Source: Alphaproteobacteria bacterium
Lineage (GTDB): Bacteria > Pseudomonadota > Alphaproteobacteria > RF32 > CAG-239
DNA length: 64,000 nucleotides
Direction of reading: 5' to 3'
Assembly: GCA_017484225.1 (NCBI GenBank)
Contig: JAFUTN010000034.1
Span: forward strand, 17,844 to 81,843
A model generated the notes under the pieces. That model ran no database searches. It had not been told where the DNA came from and worked only from the letters and a program-made list of their open reading frames with translations. A program made the translations under genes and the position numbers. Shown here in pieces: positions 53,166 through 61,964 of the stretch (position 1 is the stretch's first letter; every line of letters begins with the position of its first letter).

Positions 53166-54260
53166 TTATTCGGTTATTTGATTGTTGCTTTGAAATTCTT
53201 TCATGCGAATATTTGCCAAAGAATTCATGATGAGACCGTTAGCAGCTTTTTCAAAAACGATATAGTCTTCAACCTGTTTTATCCATTCGGCCAAAACAAC
53301 CGAGTGCAACTGCATATATTTAGGTGAGGTTGCAATCAGTTTTAAGGCTTGAGATAAGTTACCTTCGTTTACGGAATCATAAACTTCATCAGGTGCGGCA
53401 TCAAATTTGAGTGCCGGAGTATCTGTTTTGCGGAAGGTTACCAAGTTTTTAAGCTTGCGCAACACGGTATCATACCATTTTTCGTCCGCCGGAATGGTTT
53501 CTTCAACTTTTTGTTCGGAAATTTCATTTCCGAGATAAGCATAAAAGGAATTAAATGATTTTATAAGCATAGATTTTCCGCTGATGCCGGATGAAGCATA
53601 TTTTTTTATGTCGGCAACGTATTCTTCGGCAATCTGATTGCCTTGTGCCAATATTTGCAAAACTTCGGTTTCATACACAAAACTTTCGCCGTTTTCTGCC
53701 AATCCGCGAACGGTTAATGCACCGGAGGCAAGCATAATTTCGTTCATAAAACGAAGTTCTGCAGATGAGGTGCTTTCTTGAGTATGCAGAGCTTCTATTG
53801 TTTTTTCCAAAGCCGCGATTTTGTTGCTGTTTATTTTAATTAGTTCACTGTCTTCGGCAGAAATTCCGGCAACCGGCAAATTTTCTTTCAACTGTTCAAT
53901 TTGGGTATTGATATAACTCTCAACATTACTGCTGTCGTGAAAATTGTCGGTTTTCATTTTATTTATTTCGCGTTGAAGCAAACTGACTTCTGCAGTAAGA
54001 GAATCTATTTTTGCCGCATAATCGGCACGCATTTGCGGTAAAATTTCATTATTGATGACCTTTGTTTGGTGTAATTCAACACTCAGACAGGCTAAAAAAG
54101 CCAACAGAACAATCAGACAGGCAAAAGCAGAAAATTTGGCAAAAATATGCTTATTTTCAGGATGCGGCTGTGGGTGCGGGTGAGGATGTTCCGGTTTCGG
54201 CGGTTCGGGTTTTTTGATTTCGTTTATATTTTCTTTTCCTTCTTGAATATTTTTAGCCAT
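53166..54260 (-). CDS. membrane-anchored coiled-coil protein, candidate alphaproteobacterial Mic60/mitofilin homologue
   Basis: His/Pro-rich N-terminus (PEHPHPHPQPHPENKH), one TM helix (FSAFACLIVLLAFLACLSV) and long coiled-coil segments. The C-terminal NEGNLSQALKLIATSP...LAEWIKQVEDYIVFEKAANGL resembles the mitofilin C-terminal domain pattern (G-L..A...L......W). Confidence 0.4.
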   Translation of the reverse strand: MAKNIQEGKENINEIKKPEPPKPEHPHPHPQPHPENKHIFAKFSAFACLIVLLAFLACLSVELHQTKVINNEILPQMRADYAAKIDSLTAEVSLLQREINKMKTDNFHDSSNVESYINTQIEQLKENLPVAGISAEDSELIKINSNKIAALEKTIEALHTQESTSSAELRFMNEIMLASGALTVRGLAENGESFVYETEVLQILAQGNQIAEEYVADIKKYASSGISGKSMLIKSFNSFYAYLGNEISEQKVEETIPADEKWYDTVLRKLKNLVTFRKTDTPALKFDAAPDEVYDSVNEGNLSQALKLIATSPKYMQLHSVVLAEWIKQVEDYIVFEKAANGLIMNSLANIRMKEFQSNNQITE

Positions 54261-54361
54261 GCTCGTTTATCCTTTTTCTTGACAATTACAACTCATCATA
54301 TACATATAGTTATAACAGAAAATATTTTAAGGCAAGAATTAAAAAAAAATTGGATGCAAAG

Positions 54362-55438
54362 ATGATTGTTTTAGGGATAGAAAGCAGTTGTGACGATACC
54401 GGAGCCGCGGTGGTTAACGAAAAAAAAGAAATTTTGGGCGAGGCTTTGGAATCTCAGGAGGAACACAAACAATACGGCGGAGTTGTGCCGGAAATTGCCG
54501 CGCGTGCGCATTTGGAACATGTTGATGAAATAGTTGAGTTGTGTCTGAAGCGCGCAAAATTGAATATTAATGATATTGATGCCGTTGCCGCATCTGCAGG
54601 TCCGGGGCTTATCGGGGGGGTGGTTGTCGGTGTTATGACGGCAAAATCTTTGGCTCTGGCTTTAAATAAGCCGTTTATTGCGCTTAACCACTTGGAGGGG
54701 CATGCGTTGTGTGCTCGTATTGCTCATGATGTGGAATTTCCGTATTTGTTATTACTTGTTTCCGGCGGACATTGCCAAATTTTGGTGGTTAAAAATGTCG
54801 GTGAATACGAGCGTTTGGGAACAACTATTGATGATGCCGCCGGAGAAGCCTTTGATAAGGTGGCAAAAATGTTGGGATTGGGATATCCGGGTGGCCCGAT
54901 GATAGAAAAATTAGCGGCAATGGGTGATGATTCTCGTTTTTCTTTACCGCATCCGCTGGCAAATTCCGGTGACTGCAATCTTTCGTTTTCAGGCTTAAAA
55001 ACTGCAGTGCGAAAAGTGATAGAATCGTATGCCGAAGACGGTGATGTGGCTCACGCAATTTTGCCGAAGCAGGATGTTAATGATATTTGTGCATGTTTTC
55101 AGAAAACCGCAACCGAGTGTCTGACGGCAAAATTAGAGCGTGCGATTAAGTATTTTAAACAAAAATATCCGCAAGGAAAACATGTGGTTGTTTCCGGAGG
55201 TGTGGCTTCAAACACGTATTTGCGCGGAAAATTGCACGACTTGAGTTTGCGGCACGGGCTTGAATTTGCAGCTCCTCCGATTAAGTTTTGCACCGATAAC
55301 GGCGTTATGGTTGCTTGGGCCGGATTGGAACGTTTTCGGTTGGGGCTTGTCAGTGAATTAGATTTTAAACCGCGTCCGCGTTGGCCCTTAGACGAAAATG
55401 CTCCGAAAGCGGCAGGTGCCGGAGGAGTGAAAGCCTGA
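54362..55438 (+). CDS. tsaD: tRNA N6-adenosine threonylcarbamoyltransferase TsaD
   Basis: ILGIESSCDDTGAAVV, the HLEGH metal motif and SGGVASN. The track ORF starts at TTG 54350; ATG 54362 fits the family N-terminus. Confidence 0.92.
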   Translation: MIVLGIESSCDDTGAAVVNEKKEILGEALESQEEHKQYGGVVPEIAARAHLEHVDEIVELCLKRAKLNINDIDAVAASAGPGLIGGVVVGVMTAKSLALALNKPFIALNHLEGHALCARIAHDVEFPYLLLLVSGGHCQILVVKNVGEYERLGTTIDDAAGEAFDKVAKMLGLGYPGGPMIEKLAAMGDDSRFSLPHPLANSGDCNLSFSGLKTAVRKVIESYAEDGDVAHAILPKQDVNDICACFQKTATECLTAKLERAIKYFKQKYPQGKHVVVSGGVASNTYLRGKLHDLSLRHGLEFAAPPIKFCTDNGVMVAWAGLERFRLGLVSELDFKPRPRWPLDENAPKAAGAGGVKA

Positions 55439-56073
55439 TGCGTAAAAAGGCGGAAATCTTGGAAATTATGAAAATTTTTGCGGCGGAAAATCCGAATCCG
55501 CAAAGTGAATTGAATTTTCATAATCCTTATACATTGCTGGTAGCGGTGGTTCTTTCGGCTCAAAGCACAGATAAGGGAGTAAACAAGGCAACGGAAAAAC
55601 TTTTTGAAATTGCCGATACTCCGCAAAAAATGCTTGATTTGGGATTGGAAAACTTAAAGCAATACATCAAAACAATCGGGCTTTTTAATAACAAAGCCAA
55701 AAATATTATAGAGTTGAGTCGGCAGCTGGTGGAAAATTTTAACGGTTGTGTTCCGGCAGACCGAGATGCTTTAGTCGGACTTGCCGGCGTGGGCAGAAAA
55801 ACGGCTAATGTGGTAATGAATGTGTGGTATAATCAGCCGACATTGGCGGTTGACACTCATGTTATGCGTATTGCTCACCGTTTGGATTTCAGCAAAGGAA
55901 AAACTCCGTTGGAAGTTGAAAATGATTTGATGAAAGTCTTGCCTGCGGAGATGGTTGTGCATACAAATCATTGGTTGGTGTTGTTCGGGAGATATATTTG
56001 TAAGGCACAAAAGCCTTTGTGCGAAAAATGCCCGATTTCCGGCTATTGCACAAGCAAAGATAAACGGCTGTAA
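55438..56073 (+). CDS. nth: endonuclease III
   Basis: HhH-GPD motif LVGLAGVGRKTANVV, a catalytic K and D, and a C-terminal 4Fe-4S cluster CxxxxxxCxxCxxxxxC (CKAQKPLCEKCPISGYC). ATG 55438 overlaps the tsaD stop (TGATG). Confidence 0.93.
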   Translation: MRKKAEILEIMKIFAAENPNPQSELNFHNPYTLLVAVVLSAQSTDKGVNKATEKLFEIADTPQKMLDLGLENLKQYIKTIGLFNNKAKNIIELSRQLVENFNGCVPADRDALVGLAGVGRKTANVVMNVWYNQPTLAVDTHVMRIAHRLDFSKGKTPLEVENDLMKVLPAEMVVHTNHWLVLFGRYICKAQKPLCEKCPISGYCTSKDKRL

Positions 56074-56603
56074 ATTTCATCGGCAGACAGCCTGTTTAAC
56101 TCATCTGCCGAAACCTTTATTTGCTCCATTAAATGGACAACGTTATCAATATTCGGGACGGGAATTTTTTGTGTCGTGAAATTTTCAGCCAACATTTCTG
56201 TTGTATTTTCGGCGTTGCATAAACACATTTCACCGCAACCCAAATCAGGAAGACCGATTTTCTCAATGACCGGAAGGTGGGTGACAAAAAGATAGGCACA
56301 CTTGTTTCCTTCGGTATTGAGCAAAATTCCGGTGATGAATTTTTGTATTCCGAAAGTCGGTTCATTTTCAGATAGCTGCGGTGCTTCTATGAGGTGCGAA
56401 CAATTCATTCCCAAGGCCAAAAAATTTGCCGTTTGCACTGCCCGAGGAATAGGGGAATGATAAACGGTTTCACAATCGGAAAAAATGTTTTTCAGCAATT
56501 TTCCTTGTAAAAACGCCTCCAGCATACTTTGTCTGTCTATAAAAGTATCCGAACCGTAGCGTCCGTGGCGGGCAAAACATAATGAGGCCTGTTTATTTGC
56601 CAA
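56043..56603 (-). CDS. histidine phosphatase superfamily protein (SixA/PGAM-like)
   Basis: N-terminal RHG motif (LCFARHGRY), a downstream SPIPRAVQTA, and H in FVTHLP. Confidence 0.7.
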   Translation of the reverse strand: MANKQASLCFARHGRYGSDTFIDRQSMLEAFLQGKLLKNIFSDCETVYHSPIPRAVQTANFLALGMNCSHLIEAPQLSENEPTFGIQKFITGILLNTEGNKCAYLFVTHLPVIEKIGLPDLGCGEMCLCNAENTTEMLAENFTTQKIPVPNIDNVVHLMEQIKVSADELNRLSADEIYSRLSLLVQ

Positions 56604-57578
56604 TGCTTGGTGTTCCTTTGTCTTTAGTTTGTTCGCCTTTAATTAATGAAACGATAATACCTCCGGCCAAAAGTCCGACCGTAACGGCCAATGACTGCCA
56701 CTCCTGAACATGAATTCCGAAATGAGGCATAAATATTTTCAGACCGATAAATACCAAAATAATGGAAATTGCCGGTTTGAGATATGCAAATTTGCTGATA
56801 ATTGCTGCCAATAAAAAGTATAAGGCACGCAAACCTAAAATGGCAAAAATATTACTGGTGTATATCACATAAACATCAGTGGTTACCAGAAAAATTGCCG
56901 GAATACTGTCAAGCGCAAAAACCACGTCCATTGTTTCAATAATCAGTAAGGCGAAAAACAACGGGGTAATATAGTGCTTGCCATTCTCTTTTACGAAAAA
57001 ATGTTCTCCTCTGATTTCCGGTGTAACATGAAAATAGCGGGCAATAATCTGATATATTTTGCTGTCGTGCAGGTTTACCTGTTCATCTTTTTTTGCCACA
57101 AACATTTTGATTCCGGTATAAATAAGGAAAACAGAAAACAAATACAGAATCCAGTGAAATTTGAGAACCAAAACGTCGCCGATACCGATTAAAATATCAC
57201 GCATTACAAGCGCTCCCAAAATACCCCAAAAAAGCACGCGATGCTGATACATTTTCGGCACGCCGAGTGCGGCAAAAATCATGGACATCACAAAAATATT
57301 GTCCATGGACAAGCTTTTTTCCAACAGATATCCGGTGAAATAATCCATTCCTTTTTCCACTCCGTCTTCATACAGAACGAATACACCGAACAACAATGCC
57401 ACGGCAACATAAGCCACGCAAATCCAAAGTGTGTGCCAAAAATGAGGTTCCTCGTTTTGCGATTGAACCAAAATAAATCGGCAGCCAATAACAAAACAAC
57501 GACAATGCCGAAAATTGTCCACAGCCAGAACGGCGACATTAAAGCATGTTCGGAAAAAAGTGTACTAAAGTTTCCCAT
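56593..57578 (-). pseudogene. TerC-family integral membrane protein gene interrupted by a frameshift
   Basis: The N-terminal 50 residues (MGNF...MSPFWLWTIFGIVVVLLLAADLFWFNRK) are in ORF 57288-57578. The rest of a typical TerC protein (EEPHFWHTLWICVAYVAVALLFG...GYLLEKSLSMDNIFV...) is in ORF 56593-57522, in another frame. The frames switch at an A4 run (minus strand; plus-strand TTTT at 57455-57458), and one extra A would give ...FNRKNEEPHFW... Confidence 0.7.
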
Positions 57579-58554
57579 TATTTTTTAACTCCATATTCCA
57601 TACGGTTTTAATGATATCATCTATGTTTGTATATTCAGGTTTCCAACCCAAAACGGTTTCGGCAGATTTGCTTGAAGCGGTTAAAACAGCCGGATCTCCG
57701 GCACGGCGCGGGGCAATTTCGTAATTCACCTTTTTACCGGTTACTCTTTCTACCGATTGAATTATTTCCAAAACGGATGTTCCTTTTCCGGTTCCGAGAT
57801 TGAAAATATGCGACGAATGATTTTTCATCAAGTGTTTTACGGAAAGAACATGAGCGGAAGCTAAATCCTCAACATGAATATAATCTCGCAAACAAGTCCC
57901 GTCCGGTGTTTCGTAATCGTTACCGAAAACAAAAATTTTTTCGCGTTTGCCGGTAATGTTTTCCATCACAATAGGCTGCAGATTCTGCGGATTTTTTTCC
58001 ATACCGCAGACAGAACCGTCGGCGGCATATCCGACGGCATTAAAATACCGCAAGGCAATGTAGTTAAAGTTTTTTAACTCGGAATACCAGTTCATGACTT
58101 TTTCTATTTCCAACTTGGTGAAGCCGTAAAAATTAATCGGATTTGTCGGGTGTTGTTCGTCAACCGGAATATATTGCGGAGTTCCGTAAACGGCGGCAGA
58201 CGACGAAAAAACAATATTTTGGACACCGTTCTTCAACATCGCGTTGAAAATATTGATTGAGCCGATTAAATTATTTTTTGCGTAAAAATCCGGCTTTTCC
58301 ATTGATTCTCCAACGGCCTTTTTGGCTGCCAGATGAATTACGGCATCAAAGCCTTCGGACATGGTTTGTTCTAGCTTTGCCGAATCAAGTATATCTCCCT
58401 TAACAAGTTTGTTATCCGGAAAAAGATTACATTCCTGACCGGTTGAAAAATTGTCATATACCGTAACGGCAAAAAGGCTTTCATTCAAAGCCTTTACCAC
58501 GTGACTTCCGATATATCCGGCACCTCCGATTACCAGTATTTTGCCTTCAGACAT
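57565..58554 (-). CDS. galE: UDP-glucose 4-epimerase
   Basis: Rossmann motif VIGGAGYIGSH, the SSSAAVYG and YGFTK (YxxxK) catalytic motifs. RBS GGAGG precedes ATG 58554; the track start is extended. Confidence 0.92.
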   Translation of the reverse strand: MSEGKILVIGGAGYIGSHVVKALNESLFAVTVYDNFSTGQECNLFPDNKLVKGDILDSAKLEQTMSEGFDAVIHLAAKKAVGESMEKPDFYAKNNLIGSINIFNAMLKNGVQNIVFSSSAAVYGTPQYIPVDEQHPTNPINFYGFTKLEIEKVMNWYSELKNFNYIALRYFNAVGYAADGSVCGMEKNPQNLQPIVMENITGKREKIFVFGNDYETPDGTCLRDYIHVEDLASAHVLSVKHLMKNHSSHIFNLGTGKGTSVLEIIQSVERVTGKKVNYEIAPRRAGDPAVLTASSKSAETVLGWKPEYTNIDDIIKTVWNMELKNNGKL

Positions 58555-58681
58555 ATATCCTCCGATTATGTTATGCACATTATACACAAGCAAAAAAATA
58601 TTTTGCTGATTTTTTTGATTGTTTTTACTTATAACTTAAGCAAATAAAAATTACAACGCAAAAAAAAGGATATTAAGAAAA

Positions 58682-60154
58682 ATGGAAGCCTTAGATGCGG
58701 CAAAATTGCCGAAAAATATTGAAGCAGAACAAGCTTTGCTCGGTGCATTGTTAGCTAATAACAGAGGATTTGAAAAAGTGTCTGAGTTTTTGAAACCGGT
58801 GCATTTTGCCGATTCTACTCACCAAAAAATTTTTGAAGTTATTGCGAAAATGATTAATCGCAATCGCACTGCCGACGTAATTACACTGCGTGATTATTTT
58901 GAACAGGAAGGAACTCTTGATAAGGTTGGCGGTTTTTCTTATTTGGTAAAGTTGGCCGACAGTGCTTCTCCGCTGACAAATGTGGAATATTATGCGCAAT
59001 TCATTTATGACAAATATTTGCGCCGCGAATTGATTAATGCCGGTTATGAAATTGTGAATGCGGCAATGGAAGAAAATATTGATGTGACGGCAACCGACCA
59101 GATTGAAATGGCGGAAAAGGCTCTGTATACAATATCGGATCAGGGTGATGCTCAAGGCGGTTTTTTGGATTTTTCGCAGGCATTGGATTCTTCGTTAAAG
59201 GTAATAGAAAAGGCTTATCAAAAGGAAGGAAGAATTTCCGGTGTGCCGACAGGATTGAATAAATTGGACTACCGAATCGGCGGATTAAATGATTCCGACT
59301 TAATAATTTTAGCCGGTCGTCCGGCAATGGGAAAAACGGCACTGGCAACCAATATTGCCTACAATGTTGCCGAGTTTTTCAGTCATGACAAAGATACTCA
59401 TCCGGAAAACAGAGGGGTGGCCTTTTTTTCGCTGGAAATGTCGGCCGATCAGCTGGCATCCCGCATATTGTCTACGGTGACGCAAACACCGGGGCAAAAA
59501 ATGCGTAACGGCGAGATTGATGAGGCCGAGTTTACGCGTATTACGGCCGCGGTGCGTGAATTAAATAAAATTCCGCTGTATATTGACGATACGCCGGGGG
59601 TAAGTATTAATGCCATCCGCACTCGCGCCCGAAGATTAAAACGTTCTAAAGGATTGGGATTGATTGTGATTGACTATATCCAACTTATCAGCGGAACCGG
59701 AAGTAAACGAGGTGAGGGTAATCGTGTGCAAGAGCTGTCAGAAATTTCACGCGGCCTAAAGATATTGGCAAAAGAGTTGAAAGTTCCGGTAATTGCTTTA
59801 TCTCAACTTAACCGCGGTGTGGAAGCTCGTGATGACAAACGTCCGGTAATGTCTGATTTGCGCGAATCCGGATCTATTGAGCAAGATGCCGATATTGTGA
59901 TGTTTGTGTTCCGTGAAAATTATTACATTCATAATGCCGAACCAAAGCAACAAGAGGGAGATTCTCCGGAAAAGTTTGCAAAAAAACATGAAGATTGGGT
60001 AAAACGCGACCGCGAAACCGCAAATTTGGCCGAAGTTATTGTCGGCAAACAACGTCACGGACCGACAGGAACGGTTAAACTCTTTTGGAACGGTGAATTT
60101 GCACAATTCGGTAATTTGGCGGAAGCGGATAAGCTGCCGGAGCAGAGGGGCTGA
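58682..60154 (+). CDS. dnaB: replicative DNA helicase DnaB
   Basis: The N-terminal domain begins PKNIEAEQALLGALL. Walker A GRPAMGKTA, Walker B LIVIDYIQL, and the RecA-like C-terminal SQLNR...SGSIEQDAD. Confidence 0.95.
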   Translation: MEALDAAKLPKNIEAEQALLGALLANNRGFEKVSEFLKPVHFADSTHQKIFEVIAKMINRNRTADVITLRDYFEQEGTLDKVGGFSYLVKLADSASPLTNVEYYAQFIYDKYLRRELINAGYEIVNAAMEENIDVTATDQIEMAEKALYTISDQGDAQGGFLDFSQALDSSLKVIEKAYQKEGRISGVPTGLNKLDYRIGGLNDSDLIILAGRPAMGKTALATNIAYNVAEFFSHDKDTHPENRGVAFFSLEMSADQLASRILSTVTQTPGQKMRNGEIDEAEFTRITAAVRELNKIPLYIDDTPGVSINAIRTRARRLKRSKGLGLIVIDYIQLISGTGSKRGEGNRVQELSEISRGLKILAKELKVPVIALSQLNRGVEARDDKRPVMSDLRESGSIEQDADIVMFVFRENYYIHNAEPKQQEGDSPEKFAKKHEDWVKRDRETANLAEVIVGKQRHGPTGTVKLFWNGEFAQFGNLAEADKLPEQRG

Positions 60155-60156
60155 TT

Positions 60157-60528
60157 ATGAAATCAATCTCTCGTGAGGAATGGGAAAAAATTTGCGATAA
60201 CTGCGGAAAATGTTGTTTGTTGAAACTGCAGGATGAAAACAGTGATGAAATTTTTTATACCAACGTGATTTGCCGATATTATGATTTGGATAAATGCCGA
60301 TGTTCGGTATACGAAAAGCGCTGTGAGTTGGTTCCGGAGTGTGTGCGCTTAGATGAAAATAATGTCAGTAAAATAGAGTGGATGCCTAAAACATGTGCTT
60401 ATCGCCGGCTTTTTGATGCAAATTTTGTCGCAAAACCGCAAAAAAAATTAAAAGGGCGGGTTGTTTCGCAAAAAAATGTGCAAGAATCCGAATTGGAAGA
60501 CTATATTATTGATGAGGATGACTTATGA
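60157..60528 (+). CDS. YcgN-like (UPF0260) cysteine-cluster protein, paralogue 1
   Basis: EWEKICDNCGKCCLLKL...YTNVICRYYDLDKCRCSVYEKRCELVPECVRL...WMPKTCAYRRL matches the YcgN pattern. The C-terminal part is diverged and shorter. Confidence 0.75.
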   Translation: MKSISREEWEKICDNCGKCCLLKLQDENSDEIFYTNVICRYYDLDKCRCSVYEKRCELVPECVRLDENNVSKIEWMPKTCAYRRLFDANFVAKPQKKLKGRVVSQKNVQESELEDYIIDEDDL

Positions 60529-61025
60529 GTAAGGATGAACTCACAGAAGAATATAATCCGCAAAAAAGAGTTGATGAGTTTGCAAAACTTGAACCGGAAT
60601 TTTGGAAGCATAAAAAGCTTGAAGATTTGAATAAGGATGAGTGGGAGGCTTTGTGCGACGGTTGCGGTAAGTGTTGTTTGAACAAAATTGAAATCGGAGG
60701 AAAAGTAAAGTTTACGAACACATATTGTCGTTTTTTGGATTGCAAAAGCTGTTTATGCAAAATATATGAACACCGATTTGAGGTTGTGCCGGATTGTCGG
60801 GACATAACTCTTGAGGCAGTTCGCGAAAAGCCGCGGTGGATGCCTAAAACTTGTGCTTATTGGCTGTTGGATAACGGATATGATTTGCCGGAATGGCATC
60901 CGCTGATTACCAAGAGAGCCGCAAGTGTTACGGAAGCAAACATGAGTTTGGTCGGCAGAAATCTTGTTAACGAAACAGAGGTAAAAGATTATGAAAATCA
61001 CATTGTTGACTGGCAAGACCTTTGA
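60525..61025 (+). CDS. ycgN: YcgN-like (UPF0260) cysteine-cluster protein, paralogue 2
   Basis: FWKHKKLEDLNKDEWEALCDGCGKCCLNK...FTNTYCRFLD...CKIYEHRFEVVPDC...WMPKTCAYWLL...LPEWHPLIT...DWQD is collinear with E. coli YcgN as I remember it. Confidence 0.8.
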   Translation: MSKDELTEEYNPQKRVDEFAKLEPEFWKHKKLEDLNKDEWEALCDGCGKCCLNKIEIGGKVKFTNTYCRFLDCKSCLCKIYEHRFEVVPDCRDITLEAVREKPRWMPKTCAYWLLDNGYDLPEWHPLITKRAASVTEANMSLVGRNLVNETEVKDYENHIVDWQDL

Positions 61026-61701
61026 TATTAAAGAAGAATTGGGCATAGATATAAAGGTTGTGCCGTCGCGTTCGCTGCATAAATTGGTTTTGAAAATTGA
61101 TAATAAGGAACGTATTCCGGTTCTGAGTGTGCCTAAGTTTTGTTCACGTCGGCGTGCAGTCAGTTTTGTGAACGAAAATATGGGGTGGATTATGACGACA
61201 ATGGCAAAATTACCGCCGATAAAAGAATTTGAAAACGGTGAGAAAATATCTCTGTTCGGTGAAAATGTGGTGATTGCTCACAGTCCGGATGCACGCTGCG
61301 GAGTGCGTAAAGAAAATGATTTGCTGATTGTTTCCGGAGGAGCCGAATTTTTGCACCGTCGTGTTCGTGATTTTATTAAAAAACAGGCAAAAACCGTATT
61401 GCTGAGCGAATCTGTTTCCATGGCGCAAAAAATCGGTTGCAAAGTAAATGATGTAACCATAAAAGATACAAAATCACGTTGGGGAAGTTGTTCCGGATTG
61501 GGAAATATAAATTACAGCTGGCGAATTGCGTTGGCTCCGAGTTATGTCATAAAATATTTGGTTGCGCATGAGGTTTCGCATTTGTTGCACCAAGACCACT
61601 CCTCTGATTTTTGGAAATGTGTTGAAGAGCTGTATCCGGAATGGAAAAACGGACATGATTGGCTCAAAAAATACGGCAAAACTCTTTATAAATATAAGTA
61701 A
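60991..61701 (+). CDS. YgjP-like (DUF45) zinc metallopeptidase
   Basis: C-terminal WGSCS...I.YSWRIALAP..VIKYLVAHEVSHLLHQDHSSDFW with the HExxH motif, typical of the YgjP/M48-like family. Confidence 0.8.
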   Translation: MKITLLTGKTFDIKEELGIDIKVVPSRSLHKLVLKIDNKERIPVLSVPKFCSRRRAVSFVNENMGWIMTTMAKLPPIKEFENGEKISLFGENVVIAHSPDARCGVRKENDLLIVSGGAEFLHRRVRDFIKKQAKTVLLSESVSMAQKIGCKVNDVTIKDTKSRWGSCSGLGNINYSWRIALAPSYVIKYLVAHEVSHLLHQDHSSDFWKCVEELYPEWKNGHDWLKKYGKTLYKYK

Positions 61702-61706
61702 AAATC

Positions 61707-61930
61707 TTTACAATCAAACATTGTTCTGCTATTGTTCATTCAGGACGTGGAAAAAACACGTTTCAGGGCGTAGTAACCCTTATACATGAATTTAGCGATA
61801 TTTAATCGTGCTGATGTTCGCATATTTTGTGAGCGGATGTCAGCCGAATAAGGCTATGCCAAATAGGCTGAGCCGTTTTCATGTATACGGTTTACTAACA
61901 TCCGCCCGCCATTTCGGTGGGATTTTTTTT
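61707..61930 (+). promoter_or_regulatory. promoter plus structured leader RNA, copy E, ending in an intrinsic terminator
   Basis: TTTACA (61707-61712), 17 nt, TATTGT (61730-61735). Hairpin ACGTG-GAAAAAA-CACGT is followed by TTCAGGGCG. Helices are TAGTAA/TTACTA, TATACATGAA/TTCATGTATA, GGATGT/ACATCC and CAGCC/GGCTG, the last with an ATAAGGCTAT loop. Terminator is CCCGCC-ATTTC-GGTGGG plus AT8. Confidence 0.75.
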
Positions 61931-61964
61931 GTTAACTTTTTACTTTAAGAAAAGGATGTATGAA

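Noticed and set aside
61917-61964. N-terminal extension MGFFLLTFYFKKRMYE of paralogue 5 (and similar extensions at 14357 and 24599)
   Set aside because: The extensions begin inside terminator stems or T-tracts, or lack an SD. Downstream ATGs have conserved SD spacing and yield proper signal peptides or family N-termini.
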